Under the pieces are notes generated by a model. The model saw only the letters and a list, made by a program, of their open reading frames with translations. It was not told the DNA's origin and did no database searches. Made by a program: the position numbers and the translations under genes. 64,000 nucleotides of DNA from Verrucomicrobiota bacterium. GTDB taxonomy: Bacteria; Verrucomicrobiota; Verrucomicrobiia; Limisphaerales; SXQI01. This document shows positions 38,306 through 47,446 of the stretch, in pieces (the stretch's first letter is position 1; each line of letters begins with the position of its first letter). The stretch is from the NCBI GenBank assembly GCA_033762115.1, contig JANRLX010000021.1, positions 66,855 to 130,854 of the forward strand, read 5' to 3'.

Positions 38306-41300
38306 TTATGCCCGAATACAACGCGTGCTGCTGGATTTGCTTCGAGCGCTCTTGATTCTGTGGGCTTCACCGGTGTTGCTCTCGGGATTTTGGTCGTTAT
38401 CCAAAACATCGGCCGTTGGAGTTGGATCAGCGGCCAACCCGTTGGGTGCCTGATTCTTGGTCACATCCAACGCCGCTTCCAATTCCTGCTGGCGATTCGC
38501 CAAACTTAAAAGCTTGGCTTCATGTTCGAAAGGTTCGCCTAATTTTGACCCTAATTCCGAACACCGTTTTTGGCAGTCGGTCAATTCACACTCTGCGCGA
38601 GAGATTCTCTCATCCATTGTCTGGATTGAATGTTCAAGGGAGCGGATGGTCCCGTGCGCGGAATCGGAAATCGTGGCTGCATGGTAGGCGTTTCCTTTTG
38701 CGATGAGGTCAACCTGGTTTAAGTAGCCAGCACGGACGAATAACGGAAAACCGGCGAATGAGCCGACCTCGAATTCCATTGAACTCCCGGCCACTCGTTT
38801 GGCGATACGATTTAGCATCTCTCCCGCCACTCCACGATCTTTGTAAACTATTTTTTCGATCAAGATTTCGAAGGCGTTTCCACGGGTGTCTTTTCGCAGA
38901 GGAAGGTCGAGTTTTAGCGCCTCGATTTTGCGAGCAATGGCAGGTCCCTCCTCTTTTAGCCGCCGAATATCAGACCGAATGCGATATTGAGTATCGGCGT
39001 GTTGGGAAAGCAAACGGGTGAGACGAATCAATTCAGCGTCAACGGAAGCTTTTTCCATTACGAGCGGATTACCGGAGGCGATGGCTTTCACTTCCGCATA
39101 GGTCAAAGCGCGGGAATCGATGTCTTCCAAATGGCGAATGTGCGTATCGCCAGTCATCACTTGTTGAATGAATCGGGCTTTGGTTTCCAATGTCTGCCAC
39201 ATATACGCATCGAAGCTGCCTTCGGTGACGTAACGGTAAATGCCGACTGATTTATTTTGATTGCCCTGACGGAGAATTCTTCCCTCGCGTTGTTCTACGT
39301 CGGCGGGGCGCCACGGCGCATCGAGATGGTGCAAAGCAATCAGACGCTCCTGCACGTTCATTCCTGCGCCCATTTTTAAAGTGCTGCCCAAAAGAACGCG
39401 AATTCGCCCCGCCTTCACTTCTTTGAAAAGCGAGTGCTTCTGAATGTCGCTGTCGTAATCCTGAATGAACGCGATTTGCGAGGCGGGGATTCCACGCTCA
39501 ACCAGATTTTGTTTCAGTTCATCGTAAGCGCAAAAACGGCACTGAAGTTTTGCGGGGGTGGAGAGGTCGCAAAAAACCAATTGGGTTCCTTTGATTTCCG
39601 CCGAGCCTTTCCAAATTTCAAATATCGTATCAGCCGCCAGATTCAATTTGCTGTCCGGCAAATTGGGAGCCAATGGATTTAGCACTCGGAGATCGAGGGC
39701 CGCTTTGCGGCCTTCCGAAGTGATTTTGAGCATGTTGTCCTGGTCTGGTTTCACTGAGCCATTTCGAATGGCCTCAGCACGTTTTACCAGCGATGCCACA
39801 ACGTCTTTTAGCTCCGGAGTGCTTGGAGCGCGTATGACGATGGGTTTGCCCGTCTGGATTTCTGGAACCGCAAGTTTAAGTGTTGAAGCCGTTTGGATGT
39901 CGGCCACTTGGCAAAACTGTTGCATCAATTCGGGTACATTGATGAACCGGGCGAAACGCGTATTGAGGCGATAACCCGCCCCGTCCGGGGATAGCTCCAT
40001 CGCCGTCACGGGCTCGCCGAACGTCGCCGCCCAAGCATCGAAATGGTGAAGGCGCTGCTTTTTGAGGGCGTCCATCTGCAAATACCGCTGCATCGTGTAC
40101 ATTTCAGCCACGCTATTGGCTATGGGAGTGCCAGTGGCAAAGACAACGCCGCCTCCCTCGTTGATGCTCTGAATGTATTGAACCTTCAGGAACATATCGA
40201 AGGCTCTTTCGGAGGCCGTCTGTGGCAGGCCCGCCACGCGGGTCATTTTGCTGATGTAGAAAAGGTTTTTGAAAAAATGGGCCTCGTCCACGAATAACCG
40301 GTCAACCCCAAGCTCTTCAAAAGTAAGCGTATTGTCCTTTTTTTCATCGGCGGCCAACAATTGGAGTTTGGTTTCCAGCCGCTTCTTGGCGGCTTCGAGT
40401 TGTTTTACGATCCGTCGCGTATCGCTGTTGCCCTTTTGCTCCAGGATCGCGGATTCAAGCTCATCGAGTTGCGTCTGGAAGAAATGCTTCCTCCGTTCGT
40501 GGGACATTGGAATCTTCTCGAAGCCGGAATGGGTCACGATGATGGCATCCCAATTGCCGGTGGCGATGCGGCTCATCAACTCCCGCCGCTTATCCTTTTC
40601 AAAATCCTCTTTCGTGGCGGCAAGGATGTTGGCGCCTGGATAAAGGGTAAGCAGTTCAGAGGAGAATTGACCGAGCATGTGGTTGGGGACGGCAAACATG
40701 GGTTTACGAGCCAAACCGAGGCGTTTCAACTCCATTGCGGCCGCCACCATCGAGTAGGTTTTGCCTGCCCCAACAACGTGGCCGAGCAAAGTGTTTGGCG
40801 TCTGCAAAATTCGCCAGACGGCAGTTTTTTGATGGCTGTGCAATGCTACCGTCTGGCTGGCTCCCGGCAAAGTTAAGTGATCGCCATTGAACGCCCGTAG
40901 CCGAATGCAATTAAACTCATCGTTATATTTACGGGTTAGGCGTTCGCGGCGTTCGTCTTCGCGCCAGATCCATTCCTTGAACCGGTCTTTGATTTTCTGC
41001 TGTTTCTCCCTGGCAGCCTCGGTGGCGACCGGGTTGACGACTTGCTTTGGGCTGCTTCCACTCTCTCGAATTGTGTCGTAGATGGTCGGGGTTCGAAGAT
41101 TCAAGGCGTCTTCGATGAGTTCCAAAGCGCTGGCCCGGTCCGTTCCCCAATCAGTTCGATTGGTCACAGCGCTTTTGGCCGTGTAGTCGCCTTGGACGGC
41201 CCAGGTTCCGAGCTGGGGTGTGTACAGAACGCTCACGCCTTGCGAATCCAATAAATCTCGAACGAACGTTTCAACATCTTTGACCGGTATCCAGCATGCG

Positions 41301-43483
41301 CCCAATCGTGCGTCTATGTCGGTGGCAGACAAATCCTCGGGTTGAACAGCCTTCAATGCCTCAACATTTTCCTGAAAACGCCGGTCGTTCATGGCGGCGG
41401 ATTCCGCGATGACCAATTTTTCACGGACATTTCCCGAAAGGTATCGATCTTCGGTTTCCCATTCCTTTGTTTGTGGATTGAGAAAGACCGCCCCTTTCAG
41501 GTCTGGAAGAAACTGATCCACGGATTGGTTCAACAACCGGCTCATGTGCGGCAAGTCGATCCGGCCTTTTTCATTCAACGAGACGATCAAGGCGGCTTTG
41601 GGCGAATCAACGGATTCCACTGGCTGCTGCCGGTGGATCGTTCGCTCGCAGAAAATGGCGGTTTTGGTCGCTTTATCGGTCTCCTCGTCGTAGTTCTCCA
41701 AGGAGAAAAGGAGTGGTCGGTCGGGATCGCCGCGAAACGCTCTCCGATTGGCCGGACTGGATAATGGGCCAAATCTCGAAATAAATCGGTCATACGATTG
41801 ATTTAATCGAGCGCGAGCCAATTCAATTTGGGGTTCATCATTTTCTTCCAATTGGGTTCGCAAACATTCACGTACGGAGTCTCGAACCTGTATCATTCCG
41901 CGAATGCGTGATGCGGTCAGGCTGGGAAGATGGGGAAGCAATTTTAATTCATCGCCGTGGCGAATAGCAATTTGGCCGTTATGCAAAGTGTAAGCGTTTG
42001 GTTTTACTTCACCGGGAGCGGGAATGCGTTCATCTGCTTGTGGTAAAACAACGCTTTGCTGCAAGGGCTGATAAATCCTCTCCGGAAGATTCTCGATGGC
42101 CGCTGCCAAACCCTTGCCGATATCCCGTTTGTCGCTGACAAGGGTAGGCCCGTTGCGTTGATACATGCGCCCCTTAAGCCGCATTTCACCAAGCATCATA
42201 TGTGCGCGCTTGGCGAAATACTCATTGATTGGGATTACTTCACCCCGCGAATTGGTGTGAGGGACGACATTTTTCCAGGTTGTTGAGCGTGGCGTCTCAT
42301 TCAATGCCAGTTTTCGCAAAAAGATAATATCGGTGGTTACTTCCGTATTGGCATTGCGTTTGAAAGCATCGTTTGGCAACCGGATCGCGCCAATCAACTC
42401 CGCTTGGCGAGCGAGATGATCGCGCAAGCTCGAATCGATTTTATCCATCGTTCCTTTTGAGGAGATGAATGCAATTAAACCACCGGGTCGGACCTTATCC
42501 AGTGCTGCTGCGAAAAAATAATCGTGAATCAAAAAGCCGTGCTCGTTGAATTTTGGGTCGAACGGTTTGTAGTCGCCAAAAGGGATGTTGGAAATGGCAA
42601 GGTCGTAATAATCATCGTTTAATTTGGCATTCTCGAAGGGTTGGCTGCGGATGTCCGCGTCGGGATAAAGGGCTTTTGCGATGCCAGCGGTAACCGGATC
42701 AATTTCAATGCCCGTTATGGTGGAACGGGAATGGATTCTCTCCGGCATGAAGCCAATGAAATGTCCGACGCCGCAGGCGGGTTCGAGAATTCTTCCTTGT
42801 TCAAAACCCATGCGTTCCAGTGCTGCATACATGGCCATGATCACTTTGCCGGCGGTGTAATGCGCGTTGAGCGTTGAGGCGCGAGCCGCCCGAAATTCAG
42901 CCTCCGAGAGAAGCGAAGAAAGTTCCGCGTTTGCGGTTCGCCAGTCAGCGGCGGGAGTGAATATCTGTGGAATTCCGCCCCACCCAACGTACCGGACAAG
43001 CAGCGATTTTTCTTTATCGTCAGCAGGACGGCATTCCGCTTGTAGTTGTTTTAGAAGGCGAATGGCAGCGAGATTCCCTCGGCACTTTTCCCTGATCGAC
43101 CCTTCGCCGACGAGATCGGTTTCGGTGATGCGATAATTATTCGGGTTGCGCTCTACATTTCCGTTTCGGGCGCCAAAAAGATGTATTTCTCCCTCACAAT
43201 TTCCCAGGCTCGGTCGTGCGCCTGCTGCGCCGTTAATCCGTCCTTCATAAACTGGAAAGTCAAGGCCGTCAGCTCCTCGTCCGTGTTCTCTTCCGCTTCC
43301 AAAAGCATTTCCTGAAGAATTCCTTTGGCTTCCATTTCTTTGACCATCGTGGGTCGGAATTCCCGCCAATGTTTCTCGGCCATCATGCCGTACTGAGTCA
43401 GTTGGATTGGCGCCGCTGGTTGCATAGACAAATAGATCGAGTTGATTGTCGTCGGCTTCGGGTCTTGACCGTTTTAATGCCAT
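38306..43483 (-). CDS. Large N6-adenine DNA methylase / SNF2-like helicase fusion (DarB-like)
   Basis: YVGWGG, LEPACGVGHF and SNIPF (MTase); HVVGAGKT, VDEAH, ATGTP and QREGRILRQGN (SF2 helicase). Confidence 0.93.
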   Translation of the reverse strand: MALKRSRPEADDNQLDLFVYATSGANPTDSVRHDGRETLAGIPTHDGQRNGSQRNSSGNAFGSGREHGRGADGLDFPVYEGRINGAAGARPSLGNCEGEIHLFGARNGNVERNPNNYRITETDLVGEGSIREKCRGNLAAIRLLKQLQAECRPADDKEKSLLVRYVGWGGIPQIFTPAADWRTANAELSSLLSEAEFRAARASTLNAHYTAGKVIMAMYAALERMGFEQGRILEPACGVGHFIGFMPERIHSRSTITGIEIDPVTAGIAKALYPDADIRSQPFENAKLNDDYYDLAISNIPFGDYKPFDPKFNEHGFLIHDYFFAAALDKVRPGGLIAFISSKGTMDKIDSSLRDHLARQAELIGAIRLPNDAFKRNANTEVTTDIIFLRKLALNETPRSTTWKNVVPHTNSRGEVIPINEYFAKRAHMMLGEMRLKGRMYQRNGPTLVSDKRDIGKGLAAAIENLPERIYQPLQQSVVLPQADERIPAPGEVKPNAYTLHNGQIAIRHGDELKLLPHLPSLTASRIRGMIQVRDSVRECLRTQLEENDEPQIELARARLNQSYDRFISRFGPLSSPANRRAFRGDPDRPLLFSLENYDEETDKATKTAIFCERTIHRQQPVESVDSPKAALIVSLNEKGRIDLPHMSRLLNQSVDQFLPDLKGAVFLNPQTKEWETEDRYLSGNVREKLVIAESAAMNDRRFQENVEALKAVQPEDLSATDIDARLGACWIPVKDVETFVRDLLDSQGVSVLYTPQLGTWAVQGDYTAKSAVTNRTDWGTDRASALELIEDALNLRTPTIYDTIRESGSSPKQVVNPVATEAAREKQQKIKDRFKEWIWREDERRERLTRKYNDEFNCIRLRAFNGDHLTLPGASQTVALHSHQKTAVWRILQTPNTLLGHVVGAGKTYSMVAAAMELKRLGLARKPMFAVPNHMLGQFSSELLTLYPGANILAATKEDFEKDKRRELMSRIATGNWDAIIVTHSGFEKIPMSHERRKHFFQTQLDELESAILEQKGNSDTRRIVKQLEAAKKRLETKLQLLAADEKKDNTLTFEELGVDRLFVDEAHFFKNLFYISKMTRVAGLPQTASERAFDMFLKVQYIQSINEGGGVVFATGTPIANSVAEMYTMQRYLQMDALKKQRLHHFDAWAATFGEPVTAMELSPDGAGYRLNTRFARFINVPELMQQFCQVADIQTASTLKLAVPEIQTGKPIVIRAPSTPELKDVVASLVKRAEAIRNGSVKPDQDNMLKITSEGRKAALDLRVLNPLAPNLPDSKLNLAADTIFEIWKGSAEIKGTQLVFCDLSTPAKLQCRFCAYDELKQNLVERGIPASQIAFIQDYDSDIQKHSLFKEVKAGRIRVLLGSTLKMGAGMNVQERLIALHHLDAPWRPADVEQREGRILRQGNQNKSVGIYRYVTEGSFDAYMWQTLETKARFIQQVMTGDTHIRHLEDIDSRALTYAEVKAIASGNPLVMEKASVDAELIRLTRLLSQHADTQYRIRSDIRRLKEEGPAIARKIEALKLDLPLRKDTRGNAFEILIEKIVYKDRGVAGEMLNRIAKRVAGSSMEFEVGSFAGFPLFVRAGYLNQVDLIAKGNAYHAATISDSAHGTIRSLEHSIQTMDERISRAECELTDCQKRCSELGSKLGEPFEHEAKLLSLANRQQELEAALDVTKNQAPNGLAADPTPTADVLDNDQNPESNTGEAHRIKSARSKSSSTRCIRA
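43153..43431 (-). CDS. TnpV-like protein nested in an alternate frame of the methylase gene
   Basis: TQYGMMAEKHWREFRPTMVKEMEAKGIL...AWEIVREKYIF fits the TnpV pattern (recalled, not searched). Confidence 0.65.
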   Translation of the reverse strand: MSMQPAAPIQLTQYGMMAEKHWREFRPTMVKEMEAKGILQEMLLEAEENTDEELTALTFQFMKDGLTAQQAHDRAWEIVREKYIFLAPETEM

Positions 43484-43628
43484 GTGAATTTATCTTCTTC
43501 ACGTTCAAAAATCAAAAAGGATCAAAGCCTTCGAAGCGAAAAACATCGCGGTTTCGTGCATTCTTCCAAGCAGGCGACATCAGGAATACATGGACGAAAA
43601 CCGCGAAGTTTTCGTGAACCGCCACTGG

Positions 43629-44036
43629 CTAAACAGCGACAGCGTTCTTTGCGGTTTGCCTCTGCGAACGGGCTTCGGAAAACACAATATTCCTGGCGAT
43701 GTTTACTCGGGCCTGTTCGCGCTGGTTTTCCGGGAGTTGTTCAATCAGTTTGTCGAAGACATCCTTAAGCGCCGGATTTTCCTCGACACGTCGAAGGACG
43801 CCGTTGTCGAGCTTCTCCTTGCGGGCGTTGAAGCGAAGTTGTTGGTAGATTACATGCCGTTCGAGGCGCTCGCGGGGCATCGCCTTGATTGTCTCCCAAT
43901 ATTTGGGATTGTCTTTGATGTAGCCGTCAATTTGACCGTTAATGACGTCGTTTTCCTTGAATTCCCTCGGCGCATCGGCTGCGCCATTTTCCGGGGCTGC
44001 ATCGGCCCGGATAGGTTTACCGTTTCGTTTTAGCAT
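43629..44036 (-). CDS. Hypothetical helical protein
   Basis: Strong RBS (AGAAAGGAAG); last gene of the transfer operon. Confidence 0.7.
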   Translation of the reverse strand: MLKRNGKPIRADAAPENGAADAPREFKENDVINGQIDGYIKDNPKYWETIKAMPRERLERHVIYQQLRFNARKEKLDNGVLRRVEENPALKDVFDKLIEQLPENQREQARVNIARNIVFSEARSQRQTAKNAVAV

Positions 44037-44065
44037 ATGCTTCCTTTCTGTTCACACGAGTGAAC

Positions 44066-44650
44066 TCACCATTCGTTTGTCTTTTGTTGCGCGCCGACCA
44101 CTGCGTCGGCCTGTTTTTTCCGCAACTCCTGCTCAAAGGCGTCCAATCGTTTTTGAGTGATCGTCAGTTCATTCCTTAATGCGTGGGCTTGGTCGCCAAG
44201 GTCTTTCGTGACGCGAAACGCCCCAGAGAGTTGCGAAAGTGTCTCATCCAGCTTCGCGCCTCGGTCGAGAAGCGCTTGGGTGGCAAATTTTTGCCGGCTG
44301 ATTTCCGCCGCCACTTCCGCGTTGACCGGAGCGGGGTGATGGGCCGGATCTACGATGCGTACAACCGGACCAGTCGGAACAGAGACCGGCGCGTTGGGAT
44401 GAAGATTCCATTTCGTGGTTGTCTCAACGCGATAAACTGTATGGGCCTCGTGCATGACGAGTTGGTTGTTAGGGTCAACATATCTCCCGATGGGATATGC
44501 TTTAAGATTCTCGGCATAACGAACGGATTCGATGTCTTCGGCAGGAAGGGTTGTCCCCGGCACGGAGCGAGGCATCTGAACAACGACCGGCTTCTTGCTG
44601 GCGCACGCCGTCAGTAAAATGACCGGCATGAGAAAAAAGATGTTTTTCAT
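44066..44650 (-). CDS. Transfer-region lipoprotein
   Basis: Lipobox LTAC; YPIGRYVDP...MHEAHTVYRVE; coiled-coil C-terminus. Confidence 0.75.
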   Translation of the reverse strand: MKNIFFLMPVILLTACASKKPVVVQMPRSVPGTTLPAEDIESVRYAENLKAYPIGRYVDPNNQLVMHEAHTVYRVETTTKWNLHPNAPVSVPTGPVVRIVDPAHHPAPVNAEVAAEISRQKFATQALLDRGAKLDETLSQLSGAFRVTKDLGDQAHALRNELTITQKRLDAFEQELRKKQADAVVGAQQKTNEW

Positions 44651-45711
44651 GGCATGGCTCCTGGTTGAATAAAAATAGGATGGGGCGTGACGGCCTGTGC
44701 CGCTGACGCTGATGAAAGCTGATTGGTCGCGGGGCGCTGGTCGGTGTCGTCCAATATTGTTCCACCGACGGTGGCCTCGGCGTTATCAATAGTTTGCGTC
44801 ACGTAAAGATAGAATTGCTTTCCAGCCGGAACACGGACGTAAAATCCATCGCGCTGGATGGAATCGTAAATTTGCTTGGCGTACGTGCCTAAAACGTCTT
44901 GTGCTCCTTTTAGCGGAGCATTGCGAAGCGTCGGGGAGGTAATGGAACCAAAGATGGTTTGTTCACGATCCGTCAGCGAGCTCGCCGCGCCACTGAGAAA
45001 CGTGGCGGCAAACAGTTTGATCTCGGCCATATCGTCCGATTTGACCAGGCGCCCCCGCAAACCGGCGCTGCCGTCGGTGATGCCCCATCCTTCCGAACTT
45101 GCATCCTTCTCTCGATCCAGAGCAATGCCACCAAGCCGCAGTTCTTCACCGGATTGCCAAACAAGCGTCCAGCGATCGGCGCTGGCGATTCTTTCCCGCG
45201 TTCGGTCTACTTGCGCAGAGCCATGAACTTCAGTTCCGGCCGGGATGATCAAGCGTCCTGCGTGGTAAATGTCATCGGTCACCAGGCCGACAATCGGAGT
45301 GCGGATCGAGGACGAATCAACCGTGATAATTAATTCGCAAGGGATTAACCGCCCATAGGGCGCGTAGAATTTGCTAAGTTCCTTTTTGGGTGGCTCTGGC
45401 GTTTCCGCGAAAAGCGAAATGGGCGGGATGTCAACCGTTTGCCGATCTGATTTATGTGATTCCGTTGCTGGCTCTTTTTCTTCCTTTACGAACGGAATTT
45501 TGAGAGGTGAAAAGTTTTTATTCTCGCTGCTTTCCACAACTTGCGCTTGTGGAGCGGTGCCGGCCGCGTCGGCAACGACGCGTGTTCGTTTTGTTTGGGG
45601 CGGCTTGTGGACGGTGCGGAAAACCAAGAACCCGACGATTAGAAAAAAGCAGAAGCCCAGGAATGCGCCCGTAGGCGTCTTCACGAAATTAACGGCGGCT
45701 CGGGGGTTCAT
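44647..45711 (-). CDS. VirB10/TrbI-like protein
   Basis: TM and Pro-rich linker, then GRLIPCEL, LIIPAGT, DGSAGLRG and VRVPAGKQFYLYV. Confidence 0.85.
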   Translation of the reverse strand: MNPRAAVNFVKTPTGAFLGFCFFLIVGFLVFRTVHKPPQTKRTRVVADAAGTAPQAQVVESSENKNFSPLKIPFVKEEKEPATESHKSDRQTVDIPPISLFAETPEPPKKELSKFYAPYGRLIPCELIITVDSSSIRTPIVGLVTDDIYHAGRLIIPAGTEVHGSAQVDRTRERIASADRWTLVWQSGEELRLGGIALDREKDASSEGWGITDGSAGLRGRLVKSDDMAEIKLFAATFLSGAASSLTDREQTIFGSITSPTLRNAPLKGAQDVLGTYAKQIYDSIQRDGFYVRVPAGKQFYLYVTQTIDNAEATVGGTILDDTDQRPATNQLSSASAAQAVTPHPIFIQPGAMP

Positions 45712-46568
45712 TTTTCATCCTCCTTGCCTGGACCTTCCGGTTTCGCGTCAACGATGACATAAAAATCGTTCTTCAAGGAAATATCGTTGCGCCCGCCATT
45801 AGGCGTCCCGGTGACGGCAAAATAGGCGGGTGCTTCGCTGTTTGCGGGAATAAGACCGCTGGCGTCACTGATGGATTGCGGATAAGTGCGGTCGCCTACG
45901 CGCAGAGAAAATCCGTTGGGGGCGAAATGCAACGGCGAGTCGGTATTGTTCTTGAGTCGAACCCGAAATATCAAGGTGTCTTCCCGATTGAAACGAAACA
46001 CTTCTTCCAGGCGGATTTCGTATCCGTCGGCTTGCATCACACGCGGCGATTCCCCGTAGTTTTTGTATTCGACACTGGCCACGGCCTCCGGGTGATAGGT
46101 GCGCAGGATCGGAAAGGATTTGGCTTTATCAAGCAGCGCCAGCAACCGGGCGGGAGTCACCGTGACGGCTTCTGGTAGAGCGCTTTTATCTGTCTCATAT
46201 TGGAACACGACGGAAAGGAGCGGTTCATCACTCTCAGTCAATTCGATGACGTAGGTTTTGTTTTTCCAGCGAACATTCACATTGGCCGTTCCATTTGGGA
46301 TGAGGGATCGAACGGAAAAGAACGAAGCGCCTTTCGTGTGGGCCAATTGAAATGGCGCCAGTTTTTTGGCGTCAGCGGTTACTTGCGCGGCATCAATCGC
46401 GGAAATGGGGCCTGGAAAACTGACGGTTGTCACTCGCTTGAGTGAAACGGGAATGGTGTAGACGGTGCGCTCATCTAAAATGAACTCACGGATGGCCTTA
46501 TTCGAGTCCCTGGCGTCTGCCGCCACGCAAGTAAACGCGAAAATTAAACTAATTGCGAGTGGTTTCAT
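45708..46568 (-). CDS. VirB9/TraK-like core-complex protein
   Basis: Signal peptide, RVTTVSFPGPI beta-rich domains; sits between VirB8-like and VirB10-like genes. Confidence 0.65.
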   Translation of the reverse strand: MKPLAISLIFAFTCVAADARDSNKAIREFILDERTVYTIPVSLKRVTTVSFPGPISAIDAAQVTADAKKLAPFQLAHTKGASFFSVRSLIPNGTANVNVRWKNKTYVIELTESDEPLLSVVFQYETDKSALPEAVTVTPARLLALLDKAKSFPILRTYHPEAVASVEYKNYGESPRVMQADGYEIRLEEVFRFNREDTLIFRVRLKNNTDSPLHFAPNGFSLRVGDRTYPQSISDASGLIPANSEAPAYFAVTGTPNGGRNDISLKNDFYVIVDAKPEGPGKEDEK

Positions 46569-47226
46569 ACTTGAAGTCGTTGACGGCGGTTGGAAAGCGT
46601 CCGTTCTGAGCCATGTTCGGATTGCGCTGGAGCTTCAGCGATAATTTGAACGGAATGGATTCCGTGAATGCCTTTTCCTGAAAGATGCCGGTGCGAATGA
46701 TTTGCCCGGATACCTGGGTGAGGACGACGTTTTCGCGCGTCTGCAAAACATCCACTCGGCTGATCTCAGATTTCTGGTGGAGCTGTTTGGATTTGAATTC
46801 TGGTTCCTCCCTCTGCCGAAAAGTGGATGCTTTCTCAAAAGCGTTTTTGAGAAACATCTGTTTTAGCAACTCCTCGTTATCGAAGCCTTTGGGATTCCGT
46901 TGCAGGAACGCGGTCGCCGCCAAGGCGCTTTGCTGAACGTGGAGGTCTTTGGCTTCCTCAAATTTCAACAATGGCGAGAGATAATAGGTGCTGGCCGGAT
47001 CGATGATGACAACACGCTCGCGTTGTTTGAAGCTCTGAACGAGATAATATCGATCCACCGCCGCTGCGACCAAAACCAGCATGGCAAAGGCAAACCAGAA
47101 CCAAACGAGCCGATCTTTCTCCACGAAGATGCGAGTCGGATTGAAACGACGGCGAGGACTTTGAACTCTGGCGTGTCCATTTCCGGTCACAGGCGTCGTT
47201 CGCAGTTCGGCTTCTGTCGCGTTCAT
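46549..47226 (-). CDS. VirB8/TraE-like bitopic protein
   Basis: Single TM followed by an NTF2-like region ending RNPNMAQNGRFPTAVNDF; operon position. Confidence 0.65.
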   Translation of the reverse strand: MNATEAELRTTPVTGNGHARVQSPRRRFNPTRIFVEKDRLVWFWFAFAMLVLVAAAVDRYYLVQSFKQRERVVIIDPASTYYLSPLLKFEEAKDLHVQQSALAATAFLQRNPKGFDNEELLKQMFLKNAFEKASTFRQREEPEFKSKQLHQKSEISRVDVLQTRENVVLTQVSGQIIRTGIFQEKAFTESIPFKLSLKLQRNPNMAQNGRFPTAVNDFKYETTRN

Positions 47227-47236
47227 GGAAATCTCC

Positions 47237-47446
47237 TTACTTTTTGGGCGCGTCCGGCCAGATGGGCGGATTGGTGTTCAGCTTGAAGGTCTTGTTATAA
47301 TTGCTCATGGCGGTTGAAACGCGCTCATGGCTTTCCGTGATGGCTTGCTGCCGTTCCTTCCGCTCTCGGGACTCTGTGATGGCAACGAGGATGCTGCCAC
47401 CGATTACGGCGGTTCCGACGATGATAAGAGTGATTTTCAGTTTCAT
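47237..47446 (-). CDS. TrbK-like entry-exclusion candidate
   Basis: 69 aa with N-terminal TM; C-terminus resembles that of the upstream VirB5/TrbJ. Confidence 0.65.
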   Translation of the reverse strand: MKLKITLIIVGTAVIGGSILVAITESRERKERQQAITESHERVSTAMSNYNKTFKLNTNPPIWPDAPKK

